Source of the DNA: Octopus bimaculoides
Taxonomy: Eukaryota
Assembly (NCBI RefSeq): GCF_001194135.2
Contig: NC_068989.1
Location: 50,354,117-50,394,001 of the forward strand
Length of the DNA stretch: 39,885 nt
Direction: 5' to 3'
Numbering within the stretch: position 1 is the stretch's first letter; every line of letters begins with the position of its first letter. The position numbers were made by a program, and so were the translations under genes. The notes under the pieces are model-generated. The model did no database searches. It saw only the letters and a list, made by a program, of their open reading frames with translations, and had not been told where the DNA came from. Shown in pieces: positions 10,192 through 21,800 of this stretch.

Positions 10192-10553
10192 GTTCTTAGT
10201 TTTAAAATAAAATGTACGTTCGTAAAATTTATAAAATATTATATATAAAATTATTTCTCTTTGCCAAATCACAATACACCCACACACGTGTGTGCGTGCG
10301 TGTATATGTGTGCGCGCGTGCACGTGTGTGTGTGTGTGCGTGTATATGTGTGCGCGCGTGCACGTGTGTGTGCGTATATATGTGTGCGCGCGTGCACGTG
10401 TTTGTGTATATGTGCGTACGCGTGCGTGTGTGTGTGTGTGTGTGCGCGCATGCGTAGTGTGTGTATGTACGATCGGGGAAAGAAAGATATTTTTACATTC
10501 CAGATTTTACGTATAAGTTTTACGTATGAACATTTTATTTAAAAACTAAGAAC
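10192..10553. mobile_element. Foldback/MITE-like unit: inverted arms around a purine-pyrimidine alternating core
   Basis: GTTCTTAGTTTTAAAATAAAATGTACGTTCGTAAAA (from 10192) versus the reverse complement of 10518-10553. Weaker similarity extends to about 100 bp. Core 10275-10470 is (GT/GC/AT)n. No TSD found. Confidence 0.6.
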
Positions 10554-10691
10554 AAATTCTGAGTAGTTACCAGTCATTCTATATAGTTCATAGCCAACTT
10601 TTGTAATACTCTATCACTGAGACTGAAAACACAGCAATGATAAGAATACATCATACAATCTCCACAATGATATGAATAAGGAAAAGCTTAA

Positions 10692-10738
10692 CACATACAT
10701 ACATACATACATACATACATTCATACATACATACATAA
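10692..10738. repeat. (ACAT)n microsatellite running into a gap
   Basis: Directly visible; N-gap at 10739-10845. Confidence 0.95.
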
Positions 10739-11446
10739 NNNNNNNNNNNNNNNNNNNNNNNNNNNNNNNNNNNNNNNNNNNNNNNNNNNNNNNNNNNNNN
10801 NNNNNNNNNNNNNNNNNNNNNNNNNNNNNNNNNNNNNNNNNNNNNATATATGTATATATTTCTATTTTTATATGCATGTATTATATAATCAGTTGTACCA
10901 TCAAGTTTATAAAAGAATAAAACTGTTTAGATAGGTAGTTGCTGTAATAATGAAATATATATATTTTAGAAATAATATTTCTAAAACTCGGTTTTAGCTT
11001 TCTTATGTTTAAAGGCTGTAAAGGTCATCTATTTTTTGTTTTTACGACAAAGATATTAAATCAATGTCTAGGTTGTGTCATTTATTCGTAATTATAAGTA
11101 CTCTGACGTCTGTTGTTTTTTTTTATTGTTTGTAATATTTTTAATATTATGATTTGTTTTCCTTGTATTTTCAAATGACAACAGCAACAACAAGAATAAT
11201 GAAGATGATAATTTATTAGCCACAAGGTATCGCACAAAACGGAGGACATTACAAAAGCAGAGTTGATATTAAGCGGGTACTGATAGGAAATAGACCACCT
11301 GTTTCGGAGGTACACTTTCCTTCTTATAAATAAAATATAAAGCACTCCTGTCTGGTCAGACGGGACCTGAGGCAGGGAAAGCGGTAAAAATGATGGATGT
11401 GATACAGACGGTCACAGTGCTAGTGCTGTATTGAGACTAGTTCCTC

Positions 11447-11537
11447 CTAATCTTCGCAGCCGCACTGAATAACGAACAGATCCATGCTGTGGCACTTCTC
11501 ATGCGACCTGCCTTTTCTTGGGCATTTGGTCTCACAT
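11447..11537 (-). other. Possible terminal exon (Cys-rich short frame)
   Basis: Unique island, richer in GC than its flanks. AG at 11539-11538 but only a weak pyrimidine tract. One frame gives CETKCPRKGRSHEKCHSMDLFVIQCGCED*. No homology recognised. Confidence 0.2.
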
Positions 11538-11667
11538 CTGTTTTGATAATACATTTATATGTATAAATTGCACTATGTGGATAGAAAATACTGATTTTTG
11601 TGTATTTTTCTTCTGGTGTTTGGTATACTTCGAGGCTTGAGATTGAAAGTATCGTTCTGAGAATATT

Positions 11668-11876
11668 GGTTTGAAACTATGACACAAAGTCAGCAGTTTT
11701 TGGTGAAGGGTTTTAGTCGATTAATTGTAGTACTCAAGTGGTACTTATTTTGTCGACCCCAAAATGATGAAAGGTAAAGTCGACCTCTGAGGTATATGAA
11801 CTCAGAACGTAAAGACAGACGAAATGCTGCTAAGTCTTTTCCCGGCGTGCTAACGATTCTGTCAGCTCACCTCCTT
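11668..11876 (-). mobile_element. tRNA-derived SINE (family 1, CORE-like), full length with TSD
   Basis: Head aaggaggtgagctgacagaatcgttagcacgccggg, B box GAGTTCATA, central tttcatcattttggggtcgacaaaataagtacc. 18-bp TSD TATCGTTC(T/C)GAGAATATT at 11650-11667 and 11877-11894. Confidence 0.9.
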
Positions 11877-12016
11877 TATCGTTCCGAGAATATTAGCAGT
11901 TGTAAAAGGGTGATTAGGGCTGGCGTGCTTGTACATTTGCCTTGATGCTCACAACATTCATTTCGGGTACAATGTTAGTTATATAAAGAGGATTAAATCT
12001 AATTATTATTAAACTG

Positions 12017-12358
12017 TCATCGACTTTGCCTTTCATCCTTATGGGATAGATAAAATATGTCGCAGCTGAGAACTGGTGTCGATGTGTTCGACTTACTCCT
12101 TCCCCTAAATTGCTAGACTTGTGCCAAAATTTGAAACCACTGTTGTTATTATTAAGGCGGCGTCTTGGTAGAACCGTTTTCGCGTCGTACAAAAGGCTTA
12201 ACGGTATTTCTTATCGCTCTTTAAATTCTGAGTCCAAACTCTATCGAAGCTGACTGTGCCTTTTCTCATTTTGGTGTCAGTAAAATAAGTTACAGCTAAG
12301 TCTGATCAAATTCCCTCTCCGCTCAAAATTCCTGACCTTGTGCCAAAATTAGAAAGAA
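12017..12358 (+). mobile_element. Two head-to-tail family-1 SINEs (5'-truncated copy, then a full copy from about 12154)
   Basis: Both end in cttgtgccaaaat(t)tgaaac/agaaag plus ATT repeats. The second begins aaggcggcg. Confidence 0.8.
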
Positions 12359-13197
12359 TTATTATTGCGTTGTTATTATAAATCTTATAATTATTATTAT
12401 AATAAATTTCATAATTATTGTTATGGTCTTTCTTATTTATATTATTATTCATAATTGCTATCATCAATACCACCACCGCCATCACCATTATTTTTAACTT
12501 TCAAAAAAGAAATGTTATGATCAATTTTCTTTAATATTCCTTGCTTTTGTTCAATTGAAATTTTTTTTATCGTTTATTTGTTATGTATTTTATATTTTTT
12601 AATGGCATTATTATTTTTTCTAGTATAGAGCGAAAACAAATTTAATCCGGCTTCTTGCTCCCAATATCTTAATATCGTCACAGCTGGAATTGACTGAAAC
12701 TTCAAGGGGTTATTTAATCAGGCAACAGCTTGATGTTGTTTCTCATAATGAGCTATGACGTACGTGCTACTTCTGAAGCTGATGCAAAATTTTCAGACAT
12801 CACATGTTGTAACCAGCTCATATCATGTTTTATAGTTTATTTGCTTTTGCTGGGTGAATAGTCACGAAGTGTATATATTTCATAACATGACGTTACCATA
12901 GTTGTTTAGTTGGTGGAAACGGGTCACTATGCTTAGTATACCTTATCATGCCTAAATGAAATTAAAGACATTTAACCCATTAACAAACTAAATGAAGGTA
13001 AGGTAATATTGTCAAAGCAATCAGCACTTGTGTCAATCTTGTGCTGAGATAATGTGCTGTTTTTCTTTATATTTTAGTGACATAGACAAATTATTGCTGC
13101 AGTTTTTGTACTAAAATTAATTGTTCACAAAGAGACTATTTCCCCTTCTCAAACTCAAGACCTTAAGCATCTGTTAGAAAACATTAACATTATTAAT

Positions 13198-13386
13198 AAT
13201 TGGTAGTACTGTTAAAGGAACTCGATTGAAACGACTACAGCGCTCATCTAGTACATATTTTATTAACCCTAAAAGTTGAGAGGCAAACTCGACCCCAGCG
13301 GAACTTGAAATGCCTAAGTAAAGACGGACGAAATGTTTCTAAGCATTTTGTCCAACGTGCCAACGACTTTGTCCGATCGCCGCCTT
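13198..13386 (-). mobile_element. Family-1 SINE
   Basis: Minus strand begins aaggcggcgatcggacaaagtcgttggcacg...aaatgcttagaaacatttcgtccgtc, as in the other copies. Confidence 0.8.
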
Positions 13387-13872
13387 AGCATTGTGAAATT
13401 TTACTGTACCACTTGTCTATAAGAAAACTTTAATTTACTCTAAAGTCCATTTAAGGAGGAAACTGAGAATAAAGAGACGAAGGTGCCACCATTATGCAGA
13501 TTTTTATGCAATTTATGCATAAAATACACTTACGCTAACTAGGTTGGCAGCAGGAACTAATAGAAATCATTTGCTTTTAATGTGTCACAGTCATGCTAGA
13601 TTGCATGTAGTTATGAAGAATCACCTTGTGTCACTGAATCTCCTGTCTGAAAATGTTTGCTTTTTGTCAATTCGTTGTTACATATGATTATTATTTCCTG
13701 AGACCGTTATCTCTATCTATGTAAGGAAACGCATGACCTAGTTGCCCGAGTGTTGCGTTCGTGGTTATAAGATCGTAAGCTTTAATTACATGGACAGACA
13801 GCGAGTTATGTTCTTAAGCAAGGCAGAATATTACACATTGTGCCAGTTTCCTTAGCTGTAATGAATACTAAC

Positions 13873-13976
13873 AGAGGGTCGATGCTGCCGTTTCTCCCTC
13901 CAGCTACCGCATTTTTGATGTTCCGTTGAATCAGGATCAAGAGGCTGTCTATGTTTGCCCGTGACCACATAGGCAC
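13873..13976 (-). other. Possible internal exon
   Basis: Acceptor ttttaattaattgtttcAG (13978-13977) and candidate donor GTTAGT (from 13872). Two frames are open across 104 bp: VPMWSRANIDSLLILIQ... and AYVVTGKHRQPLDPDSTEH... Confidence 0.3.
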
Positions 13977-14012
13977 CTGAAACAATTAATTAAAATATAT
14001 TACAAATATGAC

Positions 14013-14109
14013 ACAAGCTACCATGTAATACGTGCTACCGTGTAATACGTGCTACCGTGTAATACGTGCTACTGTGTAATACATGGTAGCACAAGCAACC
14101 ATGTAATAC
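14013..14109. repeat. 17-bp minisatellite (GCTACCGTGTAATACGT x4) with an inverted partial unit
   Basis: Units start at 14017, 14034, 14051 and 14068. ACATGGTAGC (14081-14090) is the reverse complement of the unit start, then ACAAG plus a unit restarts. Confidence 0.92.
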
Positions 14110-15296
14110 AGCTAAGATATATTTAGAACTGCATCTTCCTTGTTATTATTGATGTCACACATTTACGCATTCCAGGTTTCTTGAAAATTATAATCTTTTG
14201 TCTTACAATTCCCTGCACTAACTTTAAATGTTTTGTGCCCTTGTGGCCAATAAATTATTATTCTCATTAATATATTTATTGTCTTTATTAAATTAGATGC
14301 CATTATTAATATATGAAGTTATATTCATTTTCACTTCTTTTCATATCATTATTCCTGCTGTATATTATTATTACTGTTTATATACTTATTTCTGCTGCAG
14401 GTGCACTTGCTATTGACATGTTTATGAGTGTGTAATTTTATTTATTAAAATTCTTTTCTCTTTCTTTAGTTTTGTTTTATATCTTCTCGCCATGAAATGA
14501 TGTAAATAAAAAAAAGCGAAAGTTGATGCTCGTATTTTGTTGGTGCGATAAAGTAGGTTTTCTCATTATAGACACACAGATGACGTACAATTGCAAAACA
14601 GGCACAGTAAAGGAACGAAAATTGGCTATTTTATTGTGTTCGGAGATTTTTCATGCATTTACACTGCATTATGTACTTAAACCAACGATGAAGTATCTGT
14701 ATGGACATGCAAACAGTCAGAAATAACAGGCATCTCTCTCTTGTTCTCTTTCTCTCTGTCTGTATCTCTCGTTCTCCACCCTTAAACACTCATTTTCTTC
14801 TCTCTTCCTCTCCCTTAAATCACATCTTACCATCTTAAGTAAGCAAAAGAGAAACTGGGGAATAAATTCTCAAATGCATCTAAAAATACAGAATTGTCCT
14901 TACGTAAATATTCTTTAAATATATTGAGCTTAGCAACAACAGTCTTATGTAGCATTCAGAAGTTGATATTGATCCGTTAATTTGTTTATTCCACACAATG
15001 ATTCTGTACAAAAAATTGTCACAAATTTCTATGACGCATATCAGAATATTTCACTTGAAGTAGTCTTCATTTCGCTGTTGAGGTCTAAGAAGATTGAAAT
15101 ATGTCCAAAATAATTAACATATTAGTAATTGATTAATAGTTCTTTAGTTATTGCATGCTACTTAATTATTTCTACTTAGACTTTTAACGCTTGCTATCGT
15201 AAATAGAGCAGCACTTCCTTGGAGATTATTGTTTTGTGTTTCTATATTTCTCATCTGGCTTAATGTAATCTATATGTTAGTGAATGAAGATTAATC

Positions 15297-16030
15297 CACC
15301 ACCTCCTCCTCCTCCTCCTTGTCCACCTCCTCCTCCTTGTCCACCTCCTCCTTGCCCACCTCCTCCTTGGCCACCTCCTCCTTGGCCACCTCCTCCTTGG
15401 CCACCTCCTCCTTCGCCACCTCCTCCTTGGCCACCTCCTCCTNNNNNNNNNNNNNNNNNNNNNNNNNNNNNNNNNNNNNNNNNNNNNNNNNNNNNNNNNN
15501 NNNNNNNNNNNNNNNNNNNNNNNNNNNNNNNNNNNNNNNNNNNNNNNNNNNNNNNNNNNNNNNNNNNNNNNNNNNNNNNNNNNNNNNNNNNNNNNNNNNN
15601 NNNNNNNNNNNNNNNNNNNNNNNNNNNNNNCTCCTCCTTGCCCACCTCCTCCTCCTTGCCCACCTCCTCCTCCTTGCCCACCTCCTCCTCCTTGCCCACC
15701 TCCTCCTCCTTGCCCAACTCCTTGCTCCCCTCCTTCCCATTCTCCTCCCCTCCTCCTGCTCAACATTATCGTCATCATAATCATCATCATCATCATCATC
15801 GTCGTCGTCGTCATCGTCTTCATCATCATCGACATCATCATCATTATCATCATCGTCATCATCATCAGCATCATCGTAATCCTTCTCTTCAACATCATCA
15901 TCATCATTACCTCCACCATCATCAACTTCATCCTCGTCAATATTATCACGTACACCATCATCATCAGGAGCATCACAGTCACCGTCACGACAACTATCGA
16001 TGTTACTTCCATCATCATCAATAGCAGCAA
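15297..16030. repeat. CCT-rich 15-bp and 18-bp minisatellites, then degenerate (CAT/CGT)n
   Basis: (CCACCTCCTCCTT[G]G/C)n at 15297-15442, gap 15443-15630, (CCCACCTCCTCCTCCTTG)n to about 15715, then CAT-rich repeats. Confidence 0.92.
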
Positions 16031-16146
16031 CAACATTCGTAGATGATCCTCAGTTATCTGGTATCACAATTTATTGGAATACATTAATGAGCTCCAAATT
16101 AGTACCCTACACCATTCTGTTTTGAAATACGATATTACCACGATCT

Positions 16147-16332
16147 GAAGGGTGCTGAGGTCGCAGAATCACTAGCACACCAGCAAAATGCTTAGCAGCA
16201 TTTCGTCCGTCTTTTCGTGTTGAGTTCAAATTCCTTTCATCATTTCGGGTCGATATATTTTAACATTGGGATCGATGTAATCGACTTACCCACTCCCCTG
16301 AAATTACTGGCCTTGTGTCAAAATGTGAAACC
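16147..16332 (+). mobile_element. Family-1 SINE with TSD
   Basis: B box GAGTTCAAATT and tail ggccttgtgtcaaaatgtgaaacc. 15-bp TSD ATATTAC(C/T)ACGATCT at 16132-16146 and 16333-16347. Confidence 0.88.
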
Positions 16333-16865
16333 AATATTACTACGATCTCGAGATACGGAAATCGGTATATGAAATACCGTTCATCGCACATACTTTATTT
16401 TGCTTATGTCTGTGGAATGGGTTGTAATTTAAAGGCGCAATTAGTTGACTATGCATGTTGCAAATGAGTAATCTTCAAAATGCTTTGTCCTAGCAGTTTT
16501 AGCAGTGAGTCGGTTTTGCTTTCAGATAAACAATACTGGCACAAGAGTAACATCGTCTATAGCTCAATGAGAATGATGGAATTGTCATCTACATACTGGT
16601 TTAGTTTGTATTAATTTCACTCTTAGAAAATATATCCATTTCTCTATAGTTGATCTTCGGGTTCTAGTCTATGGAATAACTCTTGTATTAATACCGCATT
16701 GGTGCATCCAAAAATTTTAAACAGATTTTCAATATATAAACATATAGCCAAATCTGATAGCATAGTCTGTTGTTTCTCCCTTATTCTCATTTCACTGAGG
16801 AAAAAATAATTTTCTCAGCCCAATGAAGCCTTTAAACAATCCCTTTTTAAAGCAATTTTACTCAC

Positions 16866-17012
16866 CATCCTCTCATAACTCAAAGTATCTCCTGTCCTCG
16901 GAGCCGGTATGGACCTGGTTGGTAAACACTGACTTCGTAATTTACTTGTCAAATAAATCTTATGCGTTATTTTAGATGATATATCAGATATAAGGCTTTC
17001 GATATCAGCCAT
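16866..17012 (-). CDS. Putative first coding exon of an unidentified host gene
   Basis: ATG at 17012 in an aaaATGg context; 49 open codons MADIESLISDISSKITHKIY...TGDTLSYERM ending exactly at a consensus donor ATG|GTGAGT (GT at 16865-16864). Candidate acceptor ctcAG at 17084-17083. No homology recognised. Confidence 0.35.
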
Positions 17013-17147
17013 TTTAAATAATATATTACATGGGTCAGTATCCAAGTGAAATATTTATGTGAACAACTCTCATGGATAATATCTGAGATTTCTTGATTAA
17101 ATAAGAGAAAGAATATACTATTGAAAGGAATCGATTCAGAAACTTTC

Positions 17148-17228
17148 CTCTCTCTCTTCTATCTCTCTCTCTTTCTCTGTATCTCGCTCTCCCTCCCTCC
17201 CCTCCTCTCTCTCTCTCTATCCCTATCT
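17148..17228. repeat. (CT)-rich microsatellite
   Basis: Directly visible. Confidence 0.9.
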
Positions 17229-18128
17229 TTCTATCAACAATTGCTATATTTACTGAGATTCAAAACATATAAACGAATTGTAAGAAAGGGATACAAACTA
17301 AAAGATAGAATAAAAGATCTTTTGTAAATTAGAAATTGTATAGTTTAAAAAGAATGTGCAAATTTTTTTAGCGATATCAGTTAAAATAATTCCATATCTC
17401 CAAGGAAATTGTATGATTCTATGTTTAATTTCGTTGTTTGTCAGTTTTTCTTGACATATTTCTATCATCATACCAACACTATTCAATCATCACCACCACT
17501 AACACCAGCCGCAGTAAGAACAACAGCACCACTACCACCACCATCATCATCTTTATCGTCTTCGTCGACGCCATCATCATCATCATCCTCTCTTTTTCCT
17601 TTACTCATTACCATTTTCACCATCAACACATTCCACAACATCTCTACTATGATTAAGGACTACGCCCCCGTTCTATTTTGGGAAGGAAACTCATAAAGAA
17701 TATAATATGCAGGGAATAATCTTAGTAGTGAAGGATTTATAGTTCTTTGGTCTGAAAAAGGTTGTTCTACGAGACAGTTGTAGAATTTTCAGCACTGGCG
17801 AGATCGATGGCGTCAATGTTAAGCATTAAATATTGCACATCCACCTCAACTGTGGAATTCCAGAAGTAGACATTTTGCTAAGAACAAAACGGTTCAATAA
17901 CGTGGGAGGCTAGAGGAGATATAAATCATCCTTCTTGATATCTAACTATATATTTTAACACACAACGACTAAGTTTTGCGGAAGGGAGCAACAAATCCTC
18001 GTGATTGGATTTCACTTTCACACAGCAGTGTTAGCTAGCTTGGTTCATCAAATCTATATCGCTCCAACTACCTCGAATGTATTTTACCCACTTATGTATT
18101 CGGAACAATAAAATGCCTTGATTTTATG

Positions 18129-18270
18129 ATGTATCGCAAAGGTGGAGGTTGTCGAGAATAGACCTGCTCGGGATTGCGCACGTTTGCGCTTCTCCGACCA
18201 GACTACCGGCGACAAGCGCCAACCTTTTCGCTAACACCTTGGCCAGCATCGTCAACTTTGTGTTTAGCAA
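18129..18270 (-). mobile_element. L1/Tx1-clade reverse transcriptase fragment
   Basis: Minus strand reads LLNTKLTMLAKVLAKRLALVAGSLVGEAQTCAIPSRSILDNLHL, matching the L1/Tx1 pattern LLN.DYKILAK.LA.RL......Q....GRSI.DN. Confidence 0.75.
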
Positions 18271-18279
18271 GTTATATAT

Positions 18280-18996
18280 GTACCACACAAGTGCATCGAA
18301 TCACTGCCGAATATGTGCGAAGTGGATCGATAGCTTGACTCACATTGTTAGTGCTTGTGAAAGTCTTGCGCAGAAAGAGTACAAGCGCAGACATGACAAG
18401 GTGACCCAAAATCTTCGCTGGCTACTATGCTGGAAGTATGGATATGCGGTAATGGGTGCTTGGTACCAACATACATCGTGAAAGGCAATGGACGAAAAGG
18501 GGGAGGCAAAAATTCTCTGGGACTTTGAATTCCAAACAGACAACGTATTAGATCACCGATATCCGGATATAGTAACCTTTATGAAGGACAAACAAGAGTG
18601 CCTAATAATCGAAGTAGCTCTCCAAGGATATCAACATATCATCATGAAAGAAAGAGAAACGATTGATAAATATGGAGTCTGGAGAACTGAGATCGCTAGG
18701 ATGTGGCAGCTACGAGAGTCAAGCATAAAGGTTATCCCTATTATCATCGGAGCATTGGGTTCAATATCACCCAATCTGAGAAAAATCATCTGGAAACTTT
18801 GGAAATACCCTACAATCTAGGGTTTTTAAAACATCGGCATTACTTGGAACTGCAGGCAATTTGCGTAAATTACTGTTTGTCTGAGGTCTTTGTTGTGACT
18901 TGGCAGAGAGTATAAACCGCCGGTAGACACAATATTTTCAATCAACAACATCACAATATTGGATACTGTGCGAAGTCTTAAATAATAATCATAATA
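18280..18996 (+). mobile_element. 5'-truncated R4/Dong-like LINE (CCHC finger, RLE endonuclease, 3' UTR)
   Basis: CRICAKWIDSLTHIVSAC (zinc finger), KRRHDKV, KILWDFEFQTD..DHRYPDIV...CLIIEVA (PD-(D/E)xK-type RLE), IPIIIGALG. Ends in TAA-like repeats near 18980-18996. Stops and a frameshift present. Confidence 0.9.
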
Positions 18997-19599
18997 GCTA
19001 GTATTAGCCGTGGAAATTCCACAGTAATTTTTTTTAGATGGTTGTAAGTTAATATAGAGACATAAAAATAAGCGTTCCCTTATAAATTTTATATTTTGCA
19101 TAATTTTCTTGTTAAAAATCCTTTCAGTTCTTCTGGATAAGGCAGTAACTGAAAGAGCATGAATTCCTCATAATTTTAAAAGTTCAGATGTCCATAATTA
19201 AGGGGGTTCACAATAATTACAGAGAATATTCACGTCACTAATGTAACCTTTCAAGGGTATGTTTACAGGTTTTTTTTATTGGTCGTCTCTGATTTACATT
19301 TTATATTCTAGTTTGAATACGCCCCTTCATCTATTGTGAATAATCACTCTATACTGGTTGATTCATATTTTCCCTTCTACACGCTGATGACCCCCCACCC
19401 CGTGCTTTTTCAAATGTTTCGACTCTCTGCTCCTCTTTGCATCATTGCCTATTCAGTTTCATTTTGTTAGATTACATCGTCTGTCATCTATATTTTATAA
19501 ACAAATATGAATTTTCAAGCGAACTGGCGATGCGCATGCATTAAGTGATAAGTGATATAAAAAAAAACAAAACAAAATTCCACTTTTCACTATCCATCA

Positions 19600-20662
19600 A
19601 CCACCACCTCCTCGACATTCACCACAACTACTACCACCACCACCACCACCACCACCGCCGCCACCGCTACCTCCGCCAACCACCACCACTACCAACAACC
19701 ACCACCATCACCACCACCACNNNNNNNNNNNNNNNNNNNNNNNNNNNNNNNNNNNNNNNNNNNNNNNNNNNNNNNNNNNNNNNNNNNNNNNNNNNNNNNN
19801 NNNNNNNNNNNNNNNNNNNNNNNNNNNNNNNNNNNNNNNNNNNNNNNNNNNNNNNNNNNNNNNNNNNNNNNNNNNNNNNNNNNNNNNNNNNNNNNNNNNN
19901 NNNNNNNNNNNNNNNNNNNNNNNNNNNNNNNNNNNNNNNNNNNNNNNNNNNNNNNNNNNNNNNNNNNNNNNNNNNNNNNNNNNNNNNNNNNNNNNNNNNN
20001 NNNNNNNNNNNNNNNNNNNNNNNNNNNNNNNNNNNNNNNNNNNNNNNNNNNNNNNNNNNNNNNNNNNNNNNNNNNNNNNNNNNNNNNNNNNNNNNNNNNN
20101 NNNNNNNNNNNNNNNNNNNNNNNNNNNNNNNNNNNNNNNNNNNNNNNNNNNNNNNNNNNNNNNNNNNNNNNNNNNNNNNNNNNNNNNNNNNNNNNNNNNN
20201 NNNNNNNNNNNNNNNNNNNNNNNNNNNNNNNNNNNNNNNNNNNNNNNNNNNNNNNNNNNNNNNNNNNNNNNNNNNNNNNNNNNNNNNNNNNNNNNNNNNN
20301 NNNNNNNNNNNNNNNNNNNNNNNNNNNNNNNNNNNNNNNNNNNNNNNNNNNNNNNNNNNNNNNNNNNNNNNNNNNNNNNNNNNNNNNNNNNNNNNNNNNN
20401 NNNNNNNNNNNNNNNNNNNNNNNNNNNNNNNNNNNNNNNNNNNNNNNNNNNNNNNNNNNNNNNNNNNNNNNNNNNNNNNNNNNNNNNNNNNNNNNNNNNN
20501 NNNNNNNNNNNNNNNNNNNNNNNNNNNNNNNNNNNNNNNNNNNNNNNNNNNNNNNNNNNNNNNNNNNNNNNNNNNNNNNNNNNNNNNNNNNNNNNNNNNN
20601 NNNNNNNNNNNNNNNNNNNNNNNNNNNNNNNNNNNNNNNNNNNNNNNNNNNNNNNNNNNNNN

Positions 20663-20740
<78 letters not shown>

Positions 20741-20784
20741 TATTATTATTATTATTATTATCAGATGATGATGATGATGATGAT

Positions 20785-20817
<33 letters not shown>

Positions 20818-20875
20818 AACAATAATAATAACAATAATAGTGGTGAATATAATGATGATGATGTGGAGGATGAGG
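19600..20875. repeat. Compound trinucleotide array (CAC)-gap-(AAT)(ATT)(GAT)(CAA)(AAT)
   Basis: Directly visible; gap at 19721-20662. Confidence 0.95.
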
Positions 20876-21254
20876 ACTAAGGTAAAGACGAATGAATCAG
20901 GGCATCGCGTGAGACGCACGTGCCTATCCATGTTCTATGGAGTGTCATATCGCCCTCAATACTTAGGCGTACAAATTCCATTTGTCTGGGCTTTATGTCG
21001 TTTCACAGACCGACCACTTTTACTACACTCAGTTCTCAAATGGTACTTCGCAACCAACCAGATACAACAACCAGGGCGAANNNNNNNNNNGTGTGTGTGT
21101 GTGTGCGTATTTGTATTACTGATTTAATGTCTTAGCAAAAAAAAAACTGCTTTTGCGACTTCAGTAGTTCATTGGAAACATTGAATCTACGGTTATCTTT
21201 AGCTCGTATTGTGTCTTTGAATTTCTGGTTTCCTTGATCTATGATTGAAGAAAT

Positions 21255-21753
21255 TTCCGACATATATGAGTGAGCGTATGCGTATGCACGTTTGAGTCTG
21301 TGTATATGTGCGTATGTATGTGTAGACTTGAGCCACATGCTACATACATTTTCCGGGTGAGCTATTAAACATGAATTGATTACCAAGCTACTCATATATT
21401 CTGTGCGTTCTTGCATATATGTATACATACATAAATACATACATACATATGCACATACATGCATACATAAATACATACGTGCATACATACATGCACACAT
21501 GCATGTGTATAACTACGGGAACACGAAGACATATATCAGTGATAGTTTCCATATCAGAATATATCATGTAAATTATCATAATTGTCTTTCCATATCCTTA
21601 TATTTTTACCTCTCTTACTGCATTATCTCAATCTCCATATCTTTGAGCTACTTGGGGTTGAAATGGTTTATATATATATACATATACATACACATAGATA
21701 CATATACATAGACATACATACATATATATATATAAAGATATATATATATATAC

Positions 21754-21800
<47 letters not shown>
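21255..21800. repeat. (TATG)/(CATA)-like and (TA)n microsatellites
   Basis: Directly visible; gap at 21801-22145. Confidence 0.9.

Noticed and set aside
14013-14109. CRISPR-like array
   Set aside because: Units are contiguous with no unique spacers, there are no cas genes, and the context is eukaryotic.
14904-15084. Additional minus-strand exon (acceptor at 15086-85, donor GTAAGG at 14903)
   Set aside because: AT-rich with stops in all three frames; such signal pairs are expected by chance here.
15260-16036. Long Pro-, Gly-, His- or Met-rich ORFs resembling extensin or collagen
   Set aside because: Open in several frames on both strands because they are CCT/CAT simple repeats spanning an N-gap; no splice signals or unique sequence.
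16866-17012. Similarity of MADIESLISDIS to the GRK2/3 N-terminus MADLEAVLADVS
   Set aside because: The resemblance does not extend past about 12 residues, so no gene symbol was assigned.
20880-21080. GC-richer island between microsatellites, possible ncRNA or SINE
   Set aside because: No A/B boxes, ORF or second copy in the window; truncated by a gap.
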